DNA of 39,255 nt from Candidatus Aenigmatarchaeota archaeon (lineage in GTDB: Archaea > Aenigmatarchaeota > Aenigmatarchaeia > GW2011-AR5 > GCA-2688965): assembly GCA_043813745.1 (NCBI GenBank), contig JBDRKV010000068.1:1-39255 (forward strand), read 5' to 3'. A program made the position numbers and the translations under genes. Under the pieces are notes generated by a model. That model was given only the letters and a program-made list of their open reading frames with translations, did not search any database and was not told the DNA's origin. Below are positions 27,396 through 35,689 of this stretch, one piece after another (position 1 is the first letter of the stretch; every line of letters begins with the position of its first letter).

Positions 27396-27770
27396 TTATC
27401 TTGGTGTTCTGGCCGACCTGTCTGCTGTCGGGGTTGTTCGCGAGCTGCTAGTACTGCCGCAGCATACTGAGCGACACTCAGCTGCGGTTATGTAGCCGAA
27501 AACTTTCTCGCATGCGACCATGATGCCGTCAGCCTGGCCGTTTCCATCTGGGTCATAACCATCCAGTTTTATTTTTATATTATTAAAATCTAATGTCTGG
27601 CATCCGCGCTGTGTTGCCTGCCCACACATGGTGTTCCAGGCTGCGCGATCGCCTATGCCGCCGGCTGGACTCAGCCAACCCGTGGTAAAGAATGCGGCTG
27701 CGGCAAGCAGAACTATGACAGCCAATGCAATTATCACGATCATTTCTACTGGCATGGATATTGCTTTCAT
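27396..27770 (-). CDS. Archaeal type IV pilin (paralog of 26819-27319)
   Basis: MKA|ISMPVEMIVIIALAVIVLLAAAAFF; shared IGD.AA...C....GC...ACEKV.....A.C...CC pattern. Confidence 0.82.
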   Translation of the reverse strand: MKAISMPVEMIVIIALAVIVLLAAAAFFTTGWLSPAGGIGDRAAWNTMCGQATQRGCQTLDFNNIKIKLDGYDPDGNGQADGIMVACEKVFGYITAAECRSVCCGSTSSSRTTPTADRSARTPR

Positions 27771-27888
27771 ATTTTCACTATAATTTTATTCACAATACTG
27801 GTATAAATAGTTTTCTAATTGGTTGGCAGTTGATTTCACATACCTAATAACATATTTATACAAGGAAAACAATTTAATTTCTGATTGT

Positions 27889-30800
27889 ATGCAGAATAAA
27901 CTAGTAGTTGTTGCTATTATTTCTATGTTGCTGCTTATTAGCGGTGCTTATGCGCTTGATTTGAACAATGTGCTTTATAAAGCAACTGGAAAGGCGTCAC
28001 TGATAACCGGACATCTCTATTATGAAGAAAACGACGACTGCATAGACAACCAATACTATGAGGAATGTGTTGGCGATGACTTATACTATTGCGATGATGA
28101 TTATTATGTGTCAGTTGTATACGGCGGATGCGCTTCTTCTGGCGTTGATTGCAACGGTATAACAGACGCGGGTTTATGCGATAACGATGGTGAAGGATAC
28201 CAGTGGTGTGATTATGGGACGCTTAGACATCACGACTGCGGTGCAGGGACTACATGCCAGAGAGATAGTACTGGGTGGTCTGATTGTGTTAGTACAGGCG
28301 GAGGAGGCGGAATGAGCGAGCCTGGCATCACAAGAACTCCGGGCTGCGGAAATATAGATGGTTATGGATTTTGTTATTCTGCTGCTATATTGAAATATTG
28401 TGATGAAGGACTTGATGAGATTGTGACTGAGGAGTGCGCGGTATCTAGGGGCACGGGTTATGTTTGCTATAAAAATGAACAGGGCACAATGGCGGAGTGC
28501 GTTAAACAACAAAGCGGCATGGACTGCGCTGGAATAACCTATGAAGGAACATGCGAAGCTGACACGCTGAAATGGTGCGATGATAGCTCATATCCTGGGG
28601 AGCTTGTCATTGAAAATTGCGCATCTGATGAAAGGGTTTGTAATATTTACGGCGGTCTTGCCAATTGTGTTCTGGAGTATGGCACAGGCACCTGCTATAG
28701 AGACGAGGAATGCGATACTGGATTGTCCTGCTCGCCGATGTATGATAGTGTTAATTATGGCGGCGTGTGCTGCAGCCCTGGTGAAGAGGTTTATTATTTA
28801 CAAGGCAGCTATTACTGCAACATGCCGAGCTATGATGACATTCCTGACTATTCTGCGTCGCGCGGGGATATATGCTTCACTGACATTGATTGCGTCGATG
28901 ACCTTGTGTGCAAGACGGATTTGACATACACAGATGAAAGCGCATGCTGCCAGTCAAATGAGGAGCCTGTCATGGGCTCTTGCAGAACCATACCATATTA
29001 TACAGCAGGGCCGCGACCTTTTGCAGATAATTATTGCACGCGTAAAATCAATGAGCTGAACCAAAAGTGCGCTTGGGGCGAAGGCGACTGCGACAGCAAC
29101 AGCCAATGCCAAAACAATCTTATTTGCGTGGATGCGCCCAGCTCATCCATTACAGGCATTGAGGGTGCGGACTTGTGCTGTAATAGGAATGAGATTGTCA
29201 GCAAAGGGAAATGTCTGAGCACGAATACTTTCTATCCAGCGAATTACGACGGCGGGACTGACGCTGTTCCTGATGTTGCGGGAGGAGACAGTGACACAAT
29301 GTCGCTTGGTCCGTATTCTAACGGCGATCCATGCACGCAAACTGATGCTAATATGCGCGGGAAGTGCGAGAACAATAATGTCATCTATTGCAATACGAAT
29401 GACCAGTGGAACAATTATGATTGCGGAAGCGGTGGCTGCGGATTTGATTTTGTTAATGATTACTATGACTGCGTTGGTGGAACAGGCGGCGATACAGGTG
29501 GAACAGGCGAAGGCATGGACCCATTTACGTACGAAGGTGGTGACTGCGACATGCTCAATGACGATAATATGTACGGGACTTGCGATGGTAATACGGCGAT
29601 ATACTGCTATGTTGGCTCGTGGGTTGCGGATGCGTGCACAGGGGGTAAGAGCTGCGGTTATGCTGATTATGGCGCGGATTGTTTGAGTGGCGGGACTGAT
29701 AAGCATGGAATCTCATGCCCTAGCGTAGCAGCATGTGGCACGGACCAAGGTCTTGTTTGCAAAGTCAATGATAATCTTGATTCACGATGTTGTTACAGTA
29801 ATGAGGAAGTAAGCAGCGATGGTACGAAATGTGTTCCAAGTTCTGGCGGCGGTACAACAGGCAGCACTGGCACTTTCAATGGGCAGACTGTTTATGTGGG
29901 TGCTGAATGCGATCCTGGTGATGACGCGCAGTGGGATGGGGTATGCAATGGCAACAATAAATTAGTATATTGTTCTGCTGGTGCTGAATGGGCTGTGGAA
30001 ACATGTTCTGGCGGTAAAACATGTACTGTTACTAACGGCTATGCGGATTGCACATTACCAAGTTCTGGTGACGAGACTAATGCTTGCGAAGATACTGGCG
30101 GGGTTTGCTCAACGCCAGCCATGTGCTCAAGTTGGAGCGGCACTCCTGTACCGTCTCTAAAGAGCGCCTGCAACGTTGCCAATGCTTATGGAAATGACGT
30201 TTGTTGTGGGCTACCGGTTGCAGGCGGATACGAGGAAGGCGATGACTGCACGGCAACTCCGGATTACAGGGCATGCGATAATAATGTTTTGGAATGGTGC
30301 GGATCGTCAAAAACAATTCTGATTCAGGATTGTGGGAGCGGCGGATGCGGAATGGGAAGCGATGGTGTCTATGACTGCCTCGCCCTTCCAGACGCGATTG
30401 ACATGGATCCCGGACCATATACTGACGGTAGTTCATGTGATTCTACCAATCATGCCAATGTTGCTGGAAAGTGCGAGGGTAATAATGTAATCTATTGCAA
30501 TGAAGATAATAGGTGGACTAATTATGATTGCGGGGCTAGTGGATGTGAATTAGGATCGAATGGGTATTATGATTGCATTCCAAGCGGGACAGGCGGTGGA
30601 GATGAAGGCATGGATACATTTACGTACGAAGGTGATGATTGCGACATGCTCAATGACGATAATATGTACGGAACGTGTGATGGCAACACAGCGATATACT
30701 GTTATGCTGGCTCGTGGGTTGCGGATGAATGCGTAGGGGGAACGAGCTGTGATTATGCTGATTACGGCGCGGATTGTTTGGCTGGCGGGGCAACAACCAC

Positions 30801-33800
30801 AGTTAGTGGCGGTGGCACGATGTCGCCAGGACCATATGTTGACGGCGGAACATGCACACAAACTCAGGCAAACGTATATGGAAAGTGCGAGAATAACAAA
30901 GCAATATACTGTGGGGCTAATGAGTGGGTCGTAGATGACTGTATGGCTCTTGGTGGGAAAAGCTGCGGTTATTCTACTTATGGCGCGGTTTGCAAAGCTG
31001 TTAGCGGAACAACAGGTTGTGATTCGTGCGGCAGCACTTCTGGCAGCTGCGCACAGGACGAATGCATTGGACTCGGGAGCACGTGCGTGTATAATAACGA
31101 TACAAATACTTGCGTGTCTGGCGGGATAACAGGCGTCCAAGGAACTTTCAATGGACAGACTATTTATGCAGGCACTGAATGCGATCCTGGTGATGACGCG
31201 CAGTGGGATGGGGTATGCAATGGCAACAATAAATTAGTATATTGTTCTGCTGGTGCTGAATGGGCCGTGGAATCGTGCTCTGGTGGTAAAACCTGTACTG
31301 TTACTGATGGCTATGCGGATTGTACATTACCGAGTTCTGGTTGCGGGGATATAAAATTCGCCGGCAAATGCGATGCAGATGGCAATGGATATAATTGGTG
31401 TTATGAAGAAACTGATACGCTTCAGCCTGAGAGTTGTAATAGTGACGAGGTTTGTGAACAGAATCCCGGCGAACTTGCTACATGCGTGCCAAAGACGCAA
31501 ACTACAGGCTGCGGTTCTATAACTGTTGCTGGTAAATGCGATGATGGTAATAAAGGATACCAGTGGTGCCAGACGAATACGATAAAACATGAAGTTTGTG
31601 ATGGAGATACAACCTGCCAGTCAATGACTTCAGGGTGGGTTGATTGTCTTCCATCCAGTGGAACAACAGGCGGAACAGGCGATGAAATTCCGCCTGACGA
31701 GACGTGTGATTCCCTTGGTGGGTATTGTTGGGACTTTTACGACTATTGTTTGGATGACCAGGATACTGACATGTTCTTATGCGGCGGCATAGATTCGGGC
31801 TACATGTGTTGCTACCCGAAAGGCGATGCCATAGCGCTGCCTGCAGGCGGCAGTGCGATATACTTTTCAAGCTCATGCACACTTGGAATACAAGCGCAGG
31901 AAACGGCATGCAAAAACTGTGTGACTGGGACCAGTAAAAAATGGTGCGTTGAGGTAGGACAGTGTAAAAATATGAATGAAAATTGTCCTGCGCCATCTAC
32001 TGGAAGCACAACACCGGGCCAGACTATCGGCAATGCACAGGTTGGTGGGCCGTGCGGAGCTGTGCCTAGCAGTGGCACATGCATCGGAAACGTTCTGGAA
32101 TGGTGTGGCGTTGATAATACACTGCGTATCGTTAACTGCGCTGCGCAGAATGTCAATAAACTGTGCGGACCTGATGCCAGTAGTGGCCAGCACAAATGCT
32201 ATGATTCGGCTGCTACGGCTGCGAGCAATGTTTATAATACAAACCTTGGCAGTTGTGATGACAAATGCGGCTCGTTCCTGAACCCGTGCGACAAGGTCGA
32301 GTGCCTGGCGCTCACGGATGAAAGCAACAGGCAATGCCAGTTCCTGCCAGGCAGCATGTGGGGAGACACGTGGGGAACGTGCTTCTCTGTATCATCTGGG
32401 AATGCCGCGACTGTAGGCTTGCACTCCACTGGAAAGGTTGGTACTGTCCTAGGACGATGCCAGCAGGTGTGCAATGCGCTTGGATTTGGGGGTTGTTCAA
32501 GGAAAACATGCGAGAATACATTTGATGAATATGGCAGGCCATGTGTGTGTGATACGTGCCCGATACTTGGTAGTAATTATTGTAGTACGTGCAAATCTGG
32601 CAGTACTCCACAATCTGTTAGCAATAGCATGCAGCAGGCTGCAACTGGGATTAATGTGCCGCTCAATCAAAGGGTATTGATAGACCAAGCCAGTTGGCTC
32701 AATGCCGAGCAGAAAGCGAAATGCAAGAGCTATGCAGGCGATACTATATGCGACGGCCCAACAGGCGCGGGCGGGACAGGTATAAACTGTGTGCCAGGAA
32801 CCACTGTCAGCAACTCATTGCCAGACTGCCGTGAATGCGAAACAAAGTATGTAGACTCACGCACAGGAACAGAAAAAATAAGCTATGACTGCTTGAATCC
32901 TTGCAACATGGTAAACAGGCTAAATAATGATTACTTGTGCGACAGCGTGCAGCAGGAATGCGACGTGCTGAAGAACAATGGATTAATAATCAGCAGCGTG
33001 CTGTCGTTCTATAGCGCGCAATATTCCATAGCAGGTTGCGCTGAATCGCGATACCCAACCAATGGCTTTAGTGCACTGGACCCTTGCGAGATGTTCAACC
33101 AGGCGTCTGACAAATATTGCGACGACACGCAGGCGAACTGCGCTGCGCATTCAACCAAGATATATAGAGCAGGCATATCAGTGCCTGAATGCAGGGAAAC
33201 CAGCGACAAGATACCAACATACAAATCAGATCCTAACGGGAACTGGCAAAAGTTGTCTACTTGTCTTCAAGCAAACAATAATAATTTCAGTCAATGCTTA
33301 GACGCACAGGGAAAGATAAAGGGCGCGACTGCTATTCCACAAGGTGGAAACGCGCAGGTGGCTTGCGCTCAGGTTAATTGCGCGCCAGGCTGCCAAGGCG
33401 GAACACAGCAGGTTGCAAAGACGTGCGCAAGCGGGGTTTGCTGCGAATGTCCTGCTGGCAAAACACTTGACAGTTCTGGGAATTGTGTTGATTCAAGTAG
33501 TAGCAACACGGGTAGTTCTGGGACGTGTGCAAGTAATGGCGGCACATGCATACTTAATACTTTATCATGCAGTAATGGTACATATCATACTGAGACCGGA
33601 TATTCGTGTTCAGTCGGACAAAGCTGCTGTGTATGCGGTTCTGGCAAAACACTTGACAGTACTGGGAATTGTGTTACTCAGGGGAGTTCGAACGCTCCTA
33701 GCGGCGTAGATGCTGATGCATGTTATAAATTGAATGGTTTTTGCGTGCCTGGTTCTTATGACTGCATGATAGTTCTTACAAATAAAAAAGTTATAGAAGA

Positions 33801-33867
33801 TACCAGCAATCCAGCATATATACTTTGCGCGAGCTATGGAAAGGTGTGCTGCGTGCCTTCTTCCTAG
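27889..33867 (+). CDS. Giant (~1992 aa) secreted Cys/Gly/Asp-rich multi-module surface protein
   Basis: Sec-type signal MQNKLVVVAIISMLLLISGAYA at 27889; about 14 six-Cys repeats plus other Cys modules; no C-terminal TM. Confidence 0.85.
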   Translation: MQNKLVVVAIISMLLLISGAYALDLNNVLYKATGKASLITGHLYYEENDDCIDNQYYEECVGDDLYYCDDDYYVSVVYGGCASSGVDCNGITDAGLCDNDGEGYQWCDYGTLRHHDCGAGTTCQRDSTGWSDCVSTGGGGGMSEPGITRTPGCGNIDGYGFCYSAAILKYCDEGLDEIVTEECAVSRGTGYVCYKNEQGTMAECVKQQSGMDCAGITYEGTCEADTLKWCDDSSYPGELVIENCASDERVCNIYGGLANCVLEYGTGTCYRDEECDTGLSCSPMYDSVNYGGVCCSPGEEVYYLQGSYYCNMPSYDDIPDYSASRGDICFTDIDCVDDLVCKTDLTYTDESACCQSNEEPVMGSCRTIPYYTAGPRPFADNYCTRKINELNQKCAWGEGDCDSNSQCQNNLICVDAPSSSITGIEGADLCCNRNEIVSKGKCLSTNTFYPANYDGGTDAVPDVAGGDSDTMSLGPYSNGDPCTQTDANMRGKCENNNVIYCNTNDQWNNYDCGSGGCGFDFVNDYYDCVGGTGGDTGGTGEGMDPFTYEGGDCDMLNDDNMYGTCDGNTAIYCYVGSWVADACTGGKSCGYADYGADCLSGGTDKHGISCPSVAACGTDQGLVCKVNDNLDSRCCYSNEEVSSDGTKCVPSSGGGTTGSTGTFNGQTVYVGAECDPGDDAQWDGVCNGNNKLVYCSAGAEWAVETCSGGKTCTVTNGYADCTLPSSGDETNACEDTGGVCSTPAMCSSWSGTPVPSLKSACNVANAYGNDVCCGLPVAGGYEEGDDCTATPDYRACDNNVLEWCGSSKTILIQDCGSGGCGMGSDGVYDCLALPDAIDMDPGPYTDGSSCDSTNHANVAGKCEGNNVIYCNEDNRWTNYDCGASGCELGSNGYYDCIPSGTGGGDEGMDTFTYEGDDCDMLNDDNMYGTCDGNTAIYCYAGSWVADECVGGTSCDYADYGADCLAGGATTTVSGGGTMSPGPYVDGGTCTQTQANVYGKCENNKAIYCGANEWVVDDCMALGGKSCGYSTYGAVCKAVSGTTGCDSCGSTSGSCAQDECIGLGSTCVYNNDTNTCVSGGITGVQGTFNGQTIYAGTECDPGDDAQWDGVCNGNNKLVYCSAGAEWAVESCSGGKTCTVTDGYADCTLPSSGCGDIKFAGKCDADGNGYNWCYEETDTLQPESCNSDEVCEQNPGELATCVPKTQTTGCGSITVAGKCDDGNKGYQWCQTNTIKHEVCDGDTTCQSMTSGWVDCLPSSGTTGGTGDEIPPDETCDSLGGYCWDFYDYCLDDQDTDMFLCGGIDSGYMCCYPKGDAIALPAGGSAIYFSSSCTLGIQAQETACKNCVTGTSKKWCVEVGQCKNMNENCPAPSTGSTTPGQTIGNAQVGGPCGAVPSSGTCIGNVLEWCGVDNTLRIVNCAAQNVNKLCGPDASSGQHKCYDSAATAASNVYNTNLGSCDDKCGSFLNPCDKVECLALTDESNRQCQFLPGSMWGDTWGTCFSVSSGNAATVGLHSTGKVGTVLGRCQQVCNALGFGGCSRKTCENTFDEYGRPCVCDTCPILGSNYCSTCKSGSTPQSVSNSMQQAATGINVPLNQRVLIDQASWLNAEQKAKCKSYAGDTICDGPTGAGGTGINCVPGTTVSNSLPDCRECETKYVDSRTGTEKISYDCLNPCNMVNRLNNDYLCDSVQQECDVLKNNGLIISSVLSFYSAQYSIAGCAESRYPTNGFSALDPCEMFNQASDKYCDDTQANCAAHSTKIYRAGISVPECRETSDKIPTYKSDPNGNWQKLSTCLQANNNNFSQCLDAQGKIKGATAIPQGGNAQVACAQVNCAPGCQGGTQQVAKTCASGVCCECPAGKTLDSSGNCVDSSSSNTGSSGTCASNGGTCILNTLSCSNGTYHTETGYSCSVGQSCCVCGSGKTLDSTGNCVTQGSSNAPSGVDADACYKLNGFCVPGSYDCMIVLTNKKVIEDTSNPAYILCASYGKVCCVPSS
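29509..30780 (+). repeat. Intragenic 177-bp direct repeat (29509-29685 and 30604-30780)
   Basis: Both encode EGMD.FTYEG.DCDMLNDDNMYGTCDGNTAIYCY.GSWVAD.C.GG.SC.YADYGADCL. Confidence 0.9.
29869..31341 (+). repeat. Intragenic 201-bp direct repeat (29869-30069 and 31141-31341) with a 91-bp identical core
   Basis: 29903-29993 is identical to 31175-31265; both encode ECDPGDDAQWDGVCNGNNKLVYCSAGAEWAVE. Confidence 0.92.
33455..33675 (+). repeat. 35-bp direct repeat (33455-33489 and 33641-33675), one mismatch
   Basis: CTGGCAAAACACTTGACAGTwCTGGGAATTGTGTT, encoding GKTLDS(S/T)GNCV. Confidence 0.85.
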
Positions 33868-33892
33868 ACTAATGAATAATATCTCAGACAAT

Positions 33893-34429
33893 TCAGAACT
33901 GATTGATTTTGTCCAGCGAGAAAACGATCTGCTGCATGCCGTCCACGACTTTTTCCATAAGCACGTAGATTTTCTTGTCCAAATCCTTCTTCAGCAATGA
34001 CTCGCGCATGGCTCTGATTTTCTTGATTGTTTCTGATGTGTCTGGCACGGACGTGAAGTCAATGCTCTGGGCTGCGACAGAGATGTCTGAAATAATATCA
34101 TTAATCTTTACTTGGAATTCCTCTGAGAAGCCGATGCTTTCTATGGCGAGTATGCCGGATATGTTTGTCGCGATGTTAGATATTTTGTAGAGCTCATGAA
34201 GAAATATATACTTATCTGTGCGTGCTTCGAATATAGCATCCCGCGTGTTCAATAACGAGTTACCTGCGCGCTTGACTGATTCGCGCGTGTTAAGGATCTT
34301 TTCAAAAAGCAGGCGTCGTTCATCGCCTTTCTTAGAAGCAATATTCTCCAGCAGAACAACTGACTGGACTGTATTATGCAGTGCTAGTATCAATTCGCGT
34401 TTGTCTTTTGACACTGGGACTTCTGGCAT
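33893..34429 (-). CDS. Hypothetical helical protein (possibly PhoU/DUF47-like)
   Basis: 178 aa, all-helical amphipathic pattern; the family guess is weak. Confidence 0.55.
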   Translation of the reverse strand: MPEVPVSKDKRELILALHNTVQSVVLLENIASKKGDERRLLFEKILNTRESVKRAGNSLLNTRDAIFEARTDKYIFLHELYKISNIATNISGILAIESIGFSEEFQVKINDIISDISVAAQSIDFTSVPDTSETIKKIRAMRESLLKKDLDKKIYVLMEKVVDGMQQIVFSLDKINQF

Positions 34430-34633
34430 GGCTAATTATAGTACACTAAAACTTAAATGGGCTTTTGGTAGCCATGCTTATTTTCAATCGAGCAAAGCTC
34501 ATTGAGATATTGCCGCACATGAAAAATATTAGTGCGACATTATTTGCATAAATTTTAAGTAAGAAATATTGGGCTGGGTTTTCTGTTTGTTCCAAACGCT
34601 TGCTGGCTTAACTATGCTTTAATAAAAATAATT

Positions 34634-35650
34634 TTATTTTTTCATCCATGACGCTAGCGACGACTGTTTTGGCCGCTCGCTTATCTTTTGCAGTGCACTG
34701 TCCACGCGCTCTTCTGAAAAGTCATGTTCGTCGCACAAAATGGCTTTCAGGCGCTTTTCATTGATTTCCATGAAATTGATTTCTTTGTCGCCAATCTGCT
34801 CAGGGTTTCTGAAAAAGTTGAAGATTTCCTTTGGCGAGTAATCAAATTGCCAATCTATTCCTTCCATTATTTCTGAAAATGTCTTTTTCTTTTTCACTAG
34901 CTCTAACGCTTTCTTAGGACCTATGCCGCGCACGCCGCCTGGGTTGAAGTCCGTGCCCACGAGAATGCCTAAGCAGATTAACTGGTTCTGGTTCACGCCC
35001 AAATCTGCAAGTATGTCTTTCAGTATGATAATCTCCGGCTCTATTATAATATAATCATTGCCACGCTTCTTCCTGCCGGTTATGGATAGATTACGGACGA
35101 GTCTTGGACAGCCGAACAATAATGTATCATAGTCCTGCGATGCTGCTGCATACGCCTTGCTATCGCGGACGAGAGACGAACATAATGCTTCACCCTCGCT
35201 CTCTGCCTGCAAAACAGGGATGCCTAATGCATCTAACAGTTTTTTGCTGGATTCAATGACTTCTCCGGTTATCTGCGTTGAGCGCATGGCCTGCTTGCGC
35301 GCTTCCTCAATGTTGCCGGCCTTGAGAGCGCTCTGCCAGGCTTTCCTTGCTTCTTCGCGCGCATCACGACGCTCTACCACGGTCACTTCTTTCATATCAG
35401 GTTTCTTGCCGTCAAAAACATACATGGGCTTTATGCCTGCCTGCATTAATTTCGACGTGCGGTAAAACAATCCTGAAAGATGGGACGTCACACGGCCTTT
35501 GCTGTCCTTGAGCGGCGTGCCGTCTGACTGGCGTATTATGGCCAAAAACTGGTATATCCAGTTGAACGCGTCTATTGCTATAGTCTTGCCTAACAAGGAC
35601 GAAATATCCGTACTGCGAGACTTGATTATGTCTGTAAGCTGCACACCCAT
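34634..35650 (-). CDS. fen: Flap endonuclease 1
   Basis: MGV start, AIDAFNWIYQFL, TSHLSGLFYR, VFDG, EGEA, SQDYDTLLFG, GTDFNPGG, C-terminal PIP box QSSLASW. Confidence 0.97.
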   Translation of the reverse strand: MGVQLTDIIKSRSTDISSLLGKTIAIDAFNWIYQFLAIIRQSDGTPLKDSKGRVTSHLSGLFYRTSKLMQAGIKPMYVFDGKKPDMKEVTVVERRDAREEARKAWQSALKAGNIEEARKQAMRSTQITGEVIESSKKLLDALGIPVLQAESEGEALCSSLVRDSKAYAAASQDYDTLLFGCPRLVRNLSITGRKKRGNDYIIIEPEIIILKDILADLGVNQNQLICLGILVGTDFNPGGVRGIGPKKALELVKKKKTFSEIMEGIDWQFDYSPKEIFNFFRNPEQIGDKEINFMEINEKRLKAILCDEHDFSEERVDSALQKISERPKQSSLASWMKK

Positions 35651-35689
35651 AATATCACAATAAAATAGAGAATTCTATAGGTTATAAAA

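Noticed and set aside
28861-28869. RGD integrin-binding motif in the giant protein
   Set aside because: A single tripeptide in ~2000 Gly/Asp-rich residues is expected by chance
29509-31341. Repeat pairs as diversity-generating retroelement TR/VR
   Set aside because: Mismatches are mostly synonymous and include C/T changes rather than adenine-specific ones; both copies are in-frame coding; no reverse transcriptase in the window
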